From the NCBI GenBank assembly GCA_021852055.1, contig JAJZOD010000010.1, forward strand, positions 50,770 to 114,769: a stretch of 64,000 nucleotides of DNA. The letters are read 5' to 3'. Position 1 is the stretch's first letter. The number at the start of each line of letters is the position of its first letter. This DNA is from Candidatus Micrarchaeota archaeon. GTDB lineage: Archaea; Micrarchaeota; Micrarchaeia; Micrarchaeales; CABMGC01. The translations under genes were made by a program, and so were the position numbers. Below the pieces are notes generated by a model. The model did not search any database and had not been told where the DNA came from. It saw only the letters and a program-made list of their open reading frames with translations. Positions 20,117 through 30,029 of this stretch are shown piece by piece.

Positions 20117-21184
20117 ATGATATCTGATGCTTACAGTACTGATATTAAATTGATACAAGTAATGGATACGGATGGTAAAATAGACGACTCTTTGCTTCCA
20201 AAGAATATTAACGATGATAAAATCCTTGAAATGTACAGGATGATGCTTTACGCGAGGAACTTCGACGCCAAGGTTCTCAGCCTTCAGCGTCAGGGCCGTG
20301 CTGTGACATACGCTCCGCTTATAGGGGAAGAGGCGACGCAAATTGGCAGTGCAATGGCTATGCGGAGCAATGACATATTCGTACCTTCGTTCAGACAGCA
20401 TGCTGTTTTTATAGCGAGAGGCATGCCTCTTGATTTGATATTTCTTTATTGGCGTGGATATGAAGAGGGCAACATAATACCCCAAAATGTAAAGGGCTAT
20501 CCAGTAATAGTTCCAGTATCAACCCAGCTTCCTCATGCTTCAGGAATAGCGTTTGCGCAAAAATATCTGAAGACAGGAAGTGCCGTAGTTACATATGTCG
20601 GAGATGGGGGTACATCAGAAGGCGACTTCTATGAAACTATGAATTTTGCTGGCGTGTGGGACGCACCTCTTGTTCTTATAATAGAAAATAATCAATGGGC
20701 CATCTCCGTGCCTAGATCTAAACAGACAATGGCTCAGACGCTTGCGCAAAAAGCAATTGCAGCAGGTATAAATGCAGTTCAGGTAGATGGAAATGATGTG
20801 CTCGCTGTATATAAGGCTACGCAGGATGCCATAACAAAATCGCAGTCGGGACCAACAGTAATAGAGTGCGTCACTTACAGAATGAGTTTGCATACGACTG
20901 CAGATGATCCTACAAAATATCGCAGCGATTCTGAAGTTGAAGCTTGGAAAGTAAAGGATCCTATTCTGCGTGTTAGAAAATATCTTGCTTCAAAAGGCAT
21001 TATTGATGAGAAGATAGATAAAGAGATAATCGAGGCTCAGACTGCCGAGATAGATGCAGCTGTTGAAAAAGCGGAGCAATTCAAGCCTGATCCATCTGCA
21101 ATGTTCACAAACGTCTACAGTTTTATGCCACAGGTACTGCAGAATGAACTGGACAACGCAAAAACGTCAAACTTCTGGGTGTAA
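20117..21184 (+). CDS. 2-oxoacid dehydrogenase E1 component, alpha subunit (ThDP-binding)
   Basis: ThDP motif GDGGTSEGDFYETMNFA...ENNQWAIS. First gene of a four-gene operon. Confidence 0.9.
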   Translation: MISDAYSTDIKLIQVMDTDGKIDDSLLPKNINDDKILEMYRMMLYARNFDAKVLSLQRQGRAVTYAPLIGEEATQIGSAMAMRSNDIFVPSFRQHAVFIARGMPLDLIFLYWRGYEEGNIIPQNVKGYPVIVPVSTQLPHASGIAFAQKYLKTGSAVVTYVGDGGTSEGDFYETMNFAGVWDAPLVLIIENNQWAISVPRSKQTMAQTLAQKAIAAGINAVQVDGNDVLAVYKATQDAITKSQSGPTVIECVTYRMSLHTTADDPTKYRSDSEVEAWKVKDPILRVRKYLASKGIIDEKIDKEIIEAQTAEIDAAVEKAEQFKPDPSAMFTNVYSFMPQVLQNELDNAKTSNFWV

Positions 21185-21186
21185 AA

Positions 21187-22152
21187 ATGCAGATGAATAT
21201 GGTTTCTGCGCTTAACAGCGCTATGGATATAGCAATGAAAGAAAATGACAAAGTTGTACTTCTTGGCGAAGATATAGCAAAAGACGGCGGCGTATTCCGC
21301 GTCACTGACGGTTTGTTGGAGAAGTACGGCAGCGGCAGGGTGATAGACACTCCGCTTGCTGAATCAGGAATAGCAGGCACGTCCATAGGCATGGCGCTGT
21401 CCGGTCTGCATCCTATAGCAGAGATGCAGTTCGCTGGCTTTATGTTCCTTGCTTTTTCACAGATAATAAACCATGCTTCAAGATACAGGAGCAGGACGCG
21501 GTCCTCGATGAGCGTCCCGGTTATTATACGCACTCCTGTAAGCGGCGGTGTCAAAACACTGGAGCACCACTCTGACAGCCCCGAAGCCTACTACTCGCAC
21601 ATCGGCGGCCTTATTGTTGTAGAGCCTTCAAACCCATACGATGCAAAAGGGCTTATGTTAAAAGCAGTGCATATGAATGATCCGGTCGTCTTCCTTGAGC
21701 CAACAAAACTGTACAGGCTTTTCAAACAGGATGTTCCTGAAGAATCATATGAGGTGGAGATAGGCAAGGCGAACAAGATGCGCGAAGGCGATGCACTCAC
21801 AGTAATAACCTACGGAACGATGGTTCCTGTAGTAAATGATGTTGTAAAGAGCAGCAATCTAGACGCCGATATAATAGACCTGCGGACAATAAACCCTCTA
21901 GACGAGAGGACAATACTAGAAAGCGTCAAGAAGACTGGCAGGGTTGCCATAGTGCATGAAGCTTCATTAAGCTTTGGGGTAGGGGCAGAGATATCGGCAA
22001 TGATAGCCGAAAAGGCGATGTTCGACCTTCAGGCACCTATAGTGCGCATAGCATCTCCAAGTTTGCCATATCCCTTCCCGGGCTATGAAAATTATTATGT
22101 TCCAAATGCGCAGAAAGTAGCGCAAGGCCTGGACAGGCTTATGAAAGCGTGA
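21187..22152 (+). CDS. 2-oxoacid dehydrogenase E1 component, beta subunit
   Basis: VVLLGEDIAKDGGVFRVT...DTPLAESGIAG...FLEP patterns are typical of E1-beta. It starts 2 bp after E1-alpha. Confidence 0.9.
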   Translation: MQMNMVSALNSAMDIAMKENDKVVLLGEDIAKDGGVFRVTDGLLEKYGSGRVIDTPLAESGIAGTSIGMALSGLHPIAEMQFAGFMFLAFSQIINHASRYRSRTRSSMSVPVIIRTPVSGGVKTLEHHSDSPEAYYSHIGGLIVVEPSNPYDAKGLMLKAVHMNDPVVFLEPTKLYRLFKQDVPEESYEVEIGKANKMREGDALTVITYGTMVPVVNDVVKSSNLDADIIDLRTINPLDERTILESVKKTGRVAIVHEASLSFGVGAEISAMIAEKAMFDLQAPIVRIASPSLPYPFPGYENYYVPNAQKVAQGLDRLMKA

Positions 22153-22156
22153 TGCG

Positions 22157-23410
22157 ATGAAAGAGATACGATTTGTAGATGTTGGGGAAGGCATCACAGA
22201 AGGCCACGTGCGCAAGTGGCTTTTCAAGGATGGCGACGCTGTAAAAGAAGACCAGTCAATAGTCCAGGTTGAAACTGACAAGGCCGTTGTGAATGTCCCT
22301 GCTCCGATATCTGGTATTTTAAGGATAGCAGCGAAAGAGGGGACAACTGTAAAAGTAGGCGACCTTGTTGCAACTGTCGGAACTGCAGATGAGCTTGCAA
22401 CAATTCAAAAGGCAGGACAGCAGCAGAACGCAACTGCCAGCACAGTTCAGCTCCAGGATGATAAGAAGAAAAACACAGCAACTGCAAGCAGCATGGCAGC
22501 AGAAAATTCACAGGTGCAGCAGCCTCCGGAGATCATTGCAACTCCGTCTGTAAGGAAGCTTGCGAGGGAGCTCGGGGTCGATGTTGCCAATGTTCCAGGA
22601 ACAGGGCCAAACGGCAGGATAACAGAGAATGATGTAAGAAACTTCAAGTCTGCAGTGCAGAAAAAGGCAGTTCCAAAATTCTCCGAGGTTTTGGAGGAGA
22701 AGCATTCTGATGAGATAACCAGGGTTCCAATGTCGCAAACAAGGAAGGCAATAGCCAGGAACATGGAGCTTTCATGGACAATACCGCGTGCTGTCCATAT
22801 GGATGATCTTAATGCGAATGCTCTATTCGGCATAGTCGGCAGGGAGAAACCAAAGCTTGAGAAACTTGGAATAAGGCTCACATTCTTGCCGTTTATAATA
22901 AAGGCAGTAGTGCAGGCACTTAAAGAGTATCCACGGTTTAATTCGAGCTATGATCATGAGAAACAGGAGATAATAGTCAAAAGATACATAAACATAGGTG
23001 TTAGCGCAGAAGCGCCTGACGGGCTCAAGGTGCTTGTAATAAAAGGCGCAGGCTCGAAAAACATAGCGCAGATAGCCAAGGAGCTGCAAGAACTTGCTGC
23101 AAAGGTAAAAGACCAGAGCATAACGCTTGAGGAGATGTCCGACTCTACATTTACAATAACGAATATAGGCAGCCTTGGAGGCGGAACCTACTCTGTGCCT
23201 ATGATAAACTATCCTGAAGTAGCCATACTCGGTGTGCACTTGATCAGGGACAGGCCGGTTGTAGAGGATGGGATGGTTAAAGTAGGCAAGGTTCTTCCAA
23301 TTTCGCTGAGCTTCGACCACCGAGTAGTTGACGGCGCAGACGCAGTTTCATTTGCAAATGCAATAATACGATACCTGGAGGATCCGGACTTTTTAGAGAT
23401 AATGGGTTAG
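22157..23410 (+). CDS. Dihydrolipoamide acyltransferase (E2)
   Basis: Lipoyl domain with VETDKAVVNVPAP, a PSBD (ATPSVRKLARELGVD), and a catalytic domain with the DHRVVDGA motif. Confidence 0.92.
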   Translation: MKEIRFVDVGEGITEGHVRKWLFKDGDAVKEDQSIVQVETDKAVVNVPAPISGILRIAAKEGTTVKVGDLVATVGTADELATIQKAGQQQNATASTVQLQDDKKKNTATASSMAAENSQVQQPPEIIATPSVRKLARELGVDVANVPGTGPNGRITENDVRNFKSAVQKKAVPKFSEVLEEKHSDEITRVPMSQTRKAIARNMELSWTIPRAVHMDDLNANALFGIVGREKPKLEKLGIRLTFLPFIIKAVVQALKEYPRFNSSYDHEKQEIIVKRYINIGVSAEAPDGLKVLVIKGAGSKNIAQIAKELQELAAKVKDQSITLEEMSDSTFTITNIGSLGGGTYSVPMINYPEVAILGVHLIRDRPVVEDGMVKVGKVLPISLSFDHRVVDGADAVSFANAIIRYLEDPDFLEIMG

Positions 23411-23413
23411 CGC

Positions 23414-24778
23414 ATGGTAATGGGCTCGCTTCCTGAAAGGTCAGACCTCGCAGTTGTTGGTGCAGGTGTAGGCGGCTATATCGCTGCCATACGCGCTGCG
23501 CAGCTTGGTATGTCAGTCGTCCTTATAGAAAAAGAGAAGCTTGGAGGGCACTGCTTAAATTATGCGTGCATACCCTCAAAGACACTTCTCAACATATCCA
23601 AGATGTACTATGAGGCAAGGAACTCCGATGGTTTCGGAATAATCGCCCAGCAGCTCAGTATAGATCCGAAGAAGATGCACCAGTACCGTATTGACGTCTC
23701 AAGCAAACTGGAAAACGGCGTTGGATTTCTCTGCAAGTCATACGGTGTGGAAGTAGTAAAGGGTTCTGCTGTGTTCATATCCGGCAACAAACTGCAGCTG
23801 ACAAACGGCACAGAGATAGATTTCACAAAGGCCGTCATTGCAACTGGCTCGGAGCCTGTTGAACTGGAGGACTTTCCATTTGCTGAAGATGTAATAGATT
23901 ACAAAAAGGCATTGTCGCTTGATTACATACCAAAGAGCATGGCTATAATAGGCGCAGGTTATGTTGCTGTTGAAACGGCAACACTGTTTGCAAGGCTCGG
24001 CACCAAGGTGAGCATAATCGCCAGGTCTGATGTGCTGCGCACTTTTGACCAGGAAGCCGTTGAAATAATAAAGACCGGCCTGCAGAAGCTTGGCGTGAAG
24101 ATATACAGAGATGCGATGCCGAAGTCAAAGCAAGGCAGCACAATACAGCTCAGCACCGGGGAGACCATAGATTCAGACATAACTGTTGTTGCGGTGGGCC
24201 TGCGGCCATATACTGCCGGGTTGGGCCTTGAAAACACCAAGACGGAGCTCGATTCAAAAGGCTTCATAAAAGTCGACGGCTCACTGCGAACAAACGATCC
24301 GAATATACTTGCCATAGGCGATGTAATCGGCGAGCCTATGCTTGCCCACAAAGCGATGCGCCAGGGCGTGATAGCTGCAGAAGTTGCATATGGGATGAAA
24401 TCTGCATTTGACAACATCGTCATACCTGCCGTTGTGTTCTCCGAGCCTGAGGTGGCCATAGCCGGCACAATAAACGGCGAAGGCATAACAACAACAAAAT
24501 TCCCGATGTCAGCAATAGGGCGTGCAATAGCAATGGATAAGAAGGAGGGCTTTGTCAAGATAGCTAGCACAAAAGACGGCCTTGTGAAGGGGGTAGAGAT
24601 AGTGTCTGAACACGCAGGTGACATGATAGCTGAGGCTGCGCTTGCAATTGAGATGGGCGCAACAGTAGAGGATATAGCAGATACGATACATCCTCATCCG
24701 ACATTCAGTGAAGGAGTCCAGGAAGCCGCGGAGGCTGCACTTGGAAGGCCTATTCACTTTTTCTACAGCAAGAAGTAG
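23414..24778 (+). CDS. lpd: Dihydrolipoamide dehydrogenase (E3)
   Basis: FAD motif VVGAGVGGY, redox disulfide GGHCLNYACIPSK, and C-terminal HPHPTFSE. Confidence 0.92.
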   Translation: MVMGSLPERSDLAVVGAGVGGYIAAIRAAQLGMSVVLIEKEKLGGHCLNYACIPSKTLLNISKMYYEARNSDGFGIIAQQLSIDPKKMHQYRIDVSSKLENGVGFLCKSYGVEVVKGSAVFISGNKLQLTNGTEIDFTKAVIATGSEPVELEDFPFAEDVIDYKKALSLDYIPKSMAIIGAGYVAVETATLFARLGTKVSIIARSDVLRTFDQEAVEIIKTGLQKLGVKIYRDAMPKSKQGSTIQLSTGETIDSDITVVAVGLRPYTAGLGLENTKTELDSKGFIKVDGSLRTNDPNILAIGDVIGEPMLAHKAMRQGVIAAEVAYGMKSAFDNIVIPAVVFSEPEVAIAGTINGEGITTTKFPMSAIGRAIAMDKKEGFVKIASTKDGLVKGVEIVSEHAGDMIAEAALAIEMGATVEDIADTIHPHPTFSEGVQEAAEAALGRPIHFFYSKK

Positions 24779-24889
24779 TGCTGCACACGCGCAAAAGCAG
24801 TATGGATAAGAACGCTCTGGAGTATTGATAACAGAAGCAGCGTACTAAAGATATTTAGCTATTCTATGAGGAGCTCTAATAATACTTAA

Positions 24890-25180
24890 GTGATCTTTGT
24901 GCATCCGAAGAACAGGAAGAGGCTCGTATTGGGATTGTGGTTTGCTGAGGTGATCCTTGGCATAATAATGATGGCCGTTGGCGTGCTCAACTACCACAAT
25001 ACCTTATGCGACTGCCCTGCAGTCATAATCGGCAATGCCGCAGCATCGTGCAACTGCATTAACTCAGTAGCATTATTCAGCCTCTGGGCAGGGATCGCCT
25101 TTACGGTTCTTGGGTTATTAGGCATTGTGATAAGCAGCTACAGGTTTTCCAGAATGTCAAAAAGGGGCAGGCATAGATGA
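24890..25180 (+). CDS. Small membrane protein (2-3 TM)
   Basis: GTG-initiated, hydrophobic, and its stop overlaps the NAD kinase start (25177-25180). Confidence 0.4.
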   Translation: MIFVHPKNRKRLVLGLWFAEVILGIIMMAVGVLNYHNTLCDCPAVIIGNAAASCNCINSVALFSLWAGIAFTVLGLLGIVISSYRFSRMSKRGRHR

Positions 25181-25935
25181 AGATAAGCATATTTGCAAAG
25201 CGTAACTACAAAGAACTCAAAAAGCTGCGGAGCGCGTTCGATATTGTTAAAGATGGTGACATAGCCCTTGCGGTTGGAGGCGATGGCACATTTCTCAAAG
25301 CGGCAAGGACCACAGACAAACCAATACTTGCAATACGCGACTCCGAGAGCGGCAGCGTAGGTTATCATTCTGACGTCTCGCTGAAGGACATTGATATGTT
25401 AATAGGCAAACTGAAAAGAATGGAGTACTACATAGAAACAGCAGGAAGGAAGCTCGAAATACTTTACAGGAAAAAAAGGCATTATGCTGTCAACGAGGCA
25501 CTTTTGATAAATGCGCTGGGCGAGGTAAGCTTCAGGCTGTATGAGATAAAGGACGGGACAAGGCGGGAGCTGTATCCTTATATAATGAGCGGTGATGGCA
25601 TAATAATGGCCGGAGCCATAGGCAGCACTGCTTACAACCGGTCTGCAGGCGGTCCGATAATACTGAGCGACAAGGTTGTCTGTTTGACTTTCATAAATGC
25701 CGATGGGCCTTACCAGAACCCTCTGGTGATGGACATAAACAGCGAAGTGGAGATATCTATAGAGAAGTACAATGCAAATCTGAGGTATGACGGAATAAAC
25801 ATAGCGCTACTAAAGCCTGGTGACAAATTCAGGATAAAGTGCTCCGACAGGGAGCTTAAGCTTGTCAGATTCAGAGGCAAAGAGGAGGACTTCAGCAGCA
25901 AGCTGCGCAGGATAATTGAGAGCAGGATGGAGTAG
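25177..25935 (+). CDS. nadK: NAD(+) kinase
   Basis: GGDGTFL motif, a conserved NE...L segment, and GSTAYNRSAGGPI. Confidence 0.85.
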   Translation: MKISIFAKRNYKELKKLRSAFDIVKDGDIALAVGGDGTFLKAARTTDKPILAIRDSESGSVGYHSDVSLKDIDMLIGKLKRMEYYIETAGRKLEILYRKKRHYAVNEALLINALGEVSFRLYEIKDGTRRELYPYIMSGDGIIMAGAIGSTAYNRSAGGPIILSDKVVCLTFINADGPYQNPLVMDINSEVEISIEKYNANLRYDGINIALLKPGDKFRIKCSDRELKLVRFRGKEEDFSSKLRRIIESRME

Positions 25936-26064
25936 TCCAAATACAATATGCTGCTATTTTGCTGCTTATCCTGCGGTCGGGAAGCAGTCTTTGCCTGATG
26001 CTGTGCAATTCTGTGAAGATAGCAACGGTTTTATGCCTTTTTGTGCAAAAAGTAGTGTGGTGGC

Positions 26065-26646
26065 GTGAAAACAGTTTATATGGTAAGCACCAATAAGAAC
26101 AAAGTCGCTTCTATATCAAGAAGCCTTGCAAGGTACAAGATAAATGTGAAGCACATTAATCTCAGCCTGCCAGAGCTGCAAAGCGATGACTTCAATGAAG
26201 TTGCAACAGAAAAGGCAAAAGCAGCGTTTGAAAGAACCGGAAAGCCGTGCATCGTCCATGATTCAGGTTTTTTTGTAACTGCACTCAACGGCTTTCCCGG
26301 AGTTCTGACCCATCCTGTTCTTGACATGGTGGGCATAGAAGGCATTCTCAAGCTTACCGAAGGGAAGCCACGGGAGTGCGGTTTTGTGCACTGCATTGCA
26401 TATTATGACGGCAGTATTGCTGCGCCAAAGCTGTTCAGGTCAGAGAATATGGGAACAATGTCGAGAGCACCAAAAGGCTCATCGAATAAACACCACTGGT
26501 CAAGGCTTTTCGAGATTTATATCCCTAATGGCGAAAGCAAGACCCTTGCACAGATGACTGCAAAGGAGTACTGGAAGTGGCGCGATGCAAATAGTGTGGA
26601 TGAAAGCACTACTGATTTTGCAAAGTGGTACCTGAAAAGGAAATGA
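26065..26646 (+). CDS. Non-canonical purine NTP pyrophosphatase (Ham1/ITPase family)
   Basis: STNKNKV...ELQSDD...EKAK...DSGFFVTALNGFPGV matches the Ham1 pattern. GTG start. Confidence 0.8.
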   Translation: MKTVYMVSTNKNKVASISRSLARYKINVKHINLSLPELQSDDFNEVATEKAKAAFERTGKPCIVHDSGFFVTALNGFPGVLTHPVLDMVGIEGILKLTEGKPRECGFVHCIAYYDGSIAAPKLFRSENMGTMSRAPKGSSNKHHWSRLFEIYIPNGESKTLAQMTAKEYWKWRDANSVDESTTDFAKWYLKRK

Positions 26647-26647
26647 C

Positions 26648-27190
26648 ATGAAGGAGATAGAAACAAAGATCATTGATTTTGACGAGAAGAGCCTAAGGGA
26701 ATCTCTGAAAAATTCTGGCGCGAGATATGCTGGAAAAGTCACGCAGAGAAGAGTTGTCTTTGACGCCATGCCTGACACAACGGAGAAACATGAAATATTT
26801 AGGATAAGAACTAATGGAATCATAACAACTTTGACATGGAAGTTCAGAGATGAGACAATCAAGGGCTTCGACAACACTGAAGAGCTTGAAGTTGAGGTAT
26901 CGGACTTTGATAAAACAGTTGATATAATATCCAAACTTTGGAATGGGATCAAGCCTTATCATCAGGAGAACACATTCGAGAAGTGGGACTACAAGGGGGT
27001 AGAGATAGCAATAATCCAGTGGCCACTGGTGCCTCCTTATCTCGAATTAGAAGGAAAAAGTGAGAAGCAGATACGCAATGTGATAAATGAACTCGGAATA
27101 AAAGGAGAGGTGATAGGGAACATAGGCTTGTGGTACGTATTCGACAGGTATGGACAGCATGGAAAGGATGCCGGGGACTTACACCTCTGA
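26648..27190 (+). CDS. CYTH-domain protein (CyaB/thiamine-triphosphatase-like)
   Basis: N-terminal EIETKI (the ExExK signature), then FRIR...TLTWK, with an acidic C-terminal half. Confidence 0.8.
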   Translation: MKEIETKIIDFDEKSLRESLKNSGARYAGKVTQRRVVFDAMPDTTEKHEIFRIRTNGIITTLTWKFRDETIKGFDNTEELEVEVSDFDKTVDIISKLWNGIKPYHQENTFEKWDYKGVEIAIIQWPLVPPYLELEGKSEKQIRNVINELGIKGEVIGNIGLWYVFDRYGQHGKDAGDLHL

Positions 27191-27382
27191 TTCTGGATCA
27201 ATAACTATTCTTACGAGACCCTTCTCCAGCCTCTCAAGTGTTGTGGATCTTATTGCACGGATTCCGAGCTTTTGGGCAGATCGCGCCTTCGAAATCGAAG
27301 ATTGGGTGCTTGTACATAATCATTGCCCAATGACATCAGTGCAAGGCAACGCATTTATTTGTTCGCTTGGTATTACACTATC

Positions 27383-28531
27383 ATGGAAAACCTAAAGAGC
27401 GTAGTCAGTGAGAACGGGCTCGTGTTCCCAGATTACAATAATAGCAATCTTTCAGTATTTTCCGACATAGTAAACGGCAAAGGCAAGACTGCGAATAAGG
27501 ACAATACGGTGTTTATGGTTGTAGACGGCATGGGCTACAACCTCATCAAGAACCTGCTCGTGGACATGTCTGGGTCTGCGCTAAGCAAGGCGCAGATAAG
27601 CAAGGTAAGCACTGTATTTCCATCCAGCACCATCACAGTGCTCACATCCATCGAAACTGGGCTAACGCCGTCTATGCACGGCCTCGTAGGTTGGAATGTA
27701 TACTCGAGGGACATTGGCTCGGTCATAATGCCTTACAGAGAATCACTTACACTGTCAACCAGCATGAGGCTGAGCCATGCAGGCATTGACATTAAGGGTA
27801 TGTTCCCTGAGCCCAAACTGTTCATAAAGGCAGCGAAAAACCAAGGCCTTGCACTGCTTCTTGAAAAAGGAGTGAGAATGCCGTATCAAGGAACAGAGTG
27901 GAAGGAAGAGTCGTATACCATGCAATCAGATATGCTGATAAAACTTAGAGACATTGTAAAAGAAGAGAAGCATGGAGTAGTATATGTTTATTATTCAGTC
28001 ATAGATTCCTTAGAGCATGCATACGGCCCTCATTCAGACGTGGTCAGAAATGGCCTTGCGCTGTTGTTCACCGAGCTGGAGAAGGTTGCCCTTCCGGCGA
28101 TCCAGAAACATGGTTACAATCTGGTAATCACCGCGGATCATGGTCAGACAAGATTCAAAGAAACTAAGATAAACAGCAGAAGCACCATAATGAATTACCT
28201 TACCGGGCCCCCATGGGGCGACAAAAGGTGCATATTCTTCAATGTGGCAAGCGGCAAGGAGGACGACGCCGAGAAATACATAAGCAAGAGGTATGGGGAT
28301 GATTTCATATTAATCAAAAGCGAATCTGCAATAGCATCAGGTGTGTTCGGCAGCAAGCGGGCAGCGGAGAGCATACGGTACAGATTCGGCACTCACATTA
28401 TGATAGCAAAAGGCAATGCTGCACTCAAGTACGAATATGTGAAAGAGGATTTAAAACCTGGGAAGAAAACATCAGGCACTCATTCTGGCCTGTCTAAAGA
28501 TGAAATGGAAGTTCCGTTGATTGTTTACTGA
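27383..28531 (+). CDS. Alkaline-phosphatase-superfamily phosphodiesterase/nucleotide pyrophosphatase (COG1524-like)
   Basis: VVDGMGYN, SSTITVLTS...TGL.PSMHG, DSLEHAYGPHS and ITADHGQ are metal-ligand and nucleophile motifs of the family. ATG 27383 is preferred over the ORF start 27323. Confidence 0.75.
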   Translation: MENLKSVVSENGLVFPDYNNSNLSVFSDIVNGKGKTANKDNTVFMVVDGMGYNLIKNLLVDMSGSALSKAQISKVSTVFPSSTITVLTSIETGLTPSMHGLVGWNVYSRDIGSVIMPYRESLTLSTSMRLSHAGIDIKGMFPEPKLFIKAAKNQGLALLLEKGVRMPYQGTEWKEESYTMQSDMLIKLRDIVKEEKHGVVYVYYSVIDSLEHAYGPHSDVVRNGLALLFTELEKVALPAIQKHGYNLVITADHGQTRFKETKINSRSTIMNYLTGPPWGDKRCIFFNVASGKEDDAEKYISKRYGDDFILIKSESAIASGVFGSKRAAESIRYRFGTHIMIAKGNAALKYEYVKEDLKPGKKTSGTHSGLSKDEMEVPLIVY

Positions 28532-28583
28532 CATAAGTTCACCACATTGAACTTTTTATGATGTGCATCGCCCTTCATCTGCA

Positions 28584-28892
28584 TTATGAATGCACATTGC
28601 CCTCCAGGTAAGCAAAGAACTCTCTGTCGGATATCACGGCGTGCTTCACGGTCTCTGCGAACCCGCATTGGTACTCTGCCCGGGAAGACTCATTAACGTA
28701 GATGTGCCTATGTACACAACATTTGGCTGCTTGAATGTACCGAATAGGTTTTTGCCCATCTTCATGTCCACTGCCGTCTTCCCGCAAATCGATGAATCTG
28801 CCTGTGCGATAAGCGTAGTTGGCTTCTAAGCAGTGTCGGATAGGTACGGCCGACACACAGCAAGGATACAGGTGACCTGCACTTTTGACCAT
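28584..28892 (-). CDS. Hypothetical Cys-rich protein
   Basis: 102-aa ORF that starts 2 bp after the HAD gene stop. It has CC pairs and His residues, and no family is recognised. A competing plus-strand ORF exists at 28590-28829. Confidence 0.3.
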   Translation of the reverse strand: MVKSAGHLYPCCVSAVPIRHCLEANYAYRTGRFIDLREDGSGHEDGQKPIRYIQAAKCCVHRHIYVNESSRAEYQCGFAETVKHAVISDREFFAYLEGNVHS

Positions 28893-28894
28893 GT

Positions 28895-29512
28895 CTACAC
28901 TACTACGCCGTGTTTTGCAAGATCCTTAATCAATCTTTCAAGAGTAGTGTACTTCAAGGCCGTTATCCCAAGTTTGTTTGCAGCATCGACATTTGGTTGA
29001 TAGTCGTCGATAAATACACATTCACTGGGTTTTGCACTTATCTTTTTAAGCATATTGAGGAATGCCTCCTTGCTCGGTTTCCGAACTCCTTGTTCATGCG
29101 ATAACAGCACCACGTCGAAATTGCGGAACAGGTCATCTTTCCATTTTCGCCGACCTTCGCTTAGATCTATTGTGTCGCTAAGCATATGTATCGAATACTG
29201 CTTCTTCAATAGTTTCATATAAGACACGAGTTTCCAGTTTATCTGTGATTTCTTGGCACTGTAGTTTTTTGCCCATCTCCTGTGCGCTTTGTCTATGTCT
29301 ACTGTCACTCCCGCGCGCTCTGCTATCAGCTTCATTGCCTTTTTGATGTGCACCTTGCCCGTTGCAAGGCTATTGCCGTGTGACTTCCATGCCTCGGCAA
29401 CCAAACTCTCGTCTGCACCCAATGCCATAGCAAGCGTTCTGGGCGTCTTCATGCCTGGGCTATCAACATAGAGGAACACACCGCCAAAATCAAATATAAT
29501 GTGCTTGTACAT
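28895..29512 (-). CDS. HAD-superfamily hydrolase
   Basis: Motif I FDFGGV, motif II (S/T) LSDT, and motif IV IDDYQPN. Confidence 0.8.
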   Translation of the reverse strand: MYKHIIFDFGGVFLYVDSPGMKTPRTLAMALGADESLVAEAWKSHGNSLATGKVHIKKAMKLIAERAGVTVDIDKAHRRWAKNYSAKKSQINWKLVSYMKLLKKQYSIHMLSDTIDLSEGRRKWKDDLFRNFDVVLLSHEQGVRKPSKEAFLNMLKKISAKPSECVFIDDYQPNVDAANKLGITALKYTTLERLIKDLAKHGVVV

Positions 29513-29630
29513 ATTGATTGCACCAAGTTAAACATTTACAAGCAATGCTTTTAGTTGTACGTTAAAAATATAAAAAGGTTTCACATTTCAGGAGAGGGAT
29601 TCTTACAACTTAATCCCACAAAATTCATAA

Positions 29631-30029
29631 TTAACCTTGTTTGAGCACCATAAGCGTATTTGTATCAGCCACATCGTTAACATGCCGTATCTTCTCTATT
29701 GCATTGTTAATCTTTATCATTTCATGCGAGCTCACAAAACACACTATATCAAACTGACCTGAAACCTCGTAAACACCGCTGATTCCTAAATCGCGAATTG
29801 CATTTGCCACTTTTGTGGTTGGCGCACCTGTCGAAGTTGCGATTAAAACAACAGCCTTCAGCTCTTTTTCATCTTCTATTGTGAACTTAAGTTCACCGTT
29901 TTTTGTGAGTTTTTTAACCCTTGCGCGTATTGTGCCTTCACTCACGCCTAATTTTTTGGCTATTTCCACAAACGGCGCTCTGCTATTTTCTTTAAGCATG
30001 TGTACTATTTTCTCATCAGTGCTATCCAT
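29631..30029 (-). CDS. Lrp/AsnC-family transcriptional regulator
   Basis: DEKIVHMLKENSRAPFVEIAKKLGVSEGTIRARVKKL HTH plus a C-terminal RAM domain. It overlaps the lysA-like stop by 8 bp, consistent with co-transcription. Confidence 0.85.
   Translation of the reverse strand: MDSTDEKIVHMLKENSRAPFVEIAKKLGVSEGTIRARVKKLTKNGELKFTIEDEKELKAVVLIATSTGAPTTKVANAIRDLGISGVYEVSGQFDIVCFVSSHEMIKINNAIEKIRHVNDVADTNTLMVLKQG

Noticed and set aside
27179-27320. Minus-strand HTH-like reading frame (ISKARSAQKLGIRAIRSTTLERLEKGLVRIV) between the CYTH and phosphodiesterase genes.
   Set aside because: The frame has no ATG, GTG or TTG start, and it overlaps the CYTH 3-prime end. At best it is a relic, and the support is too weak to annotate.
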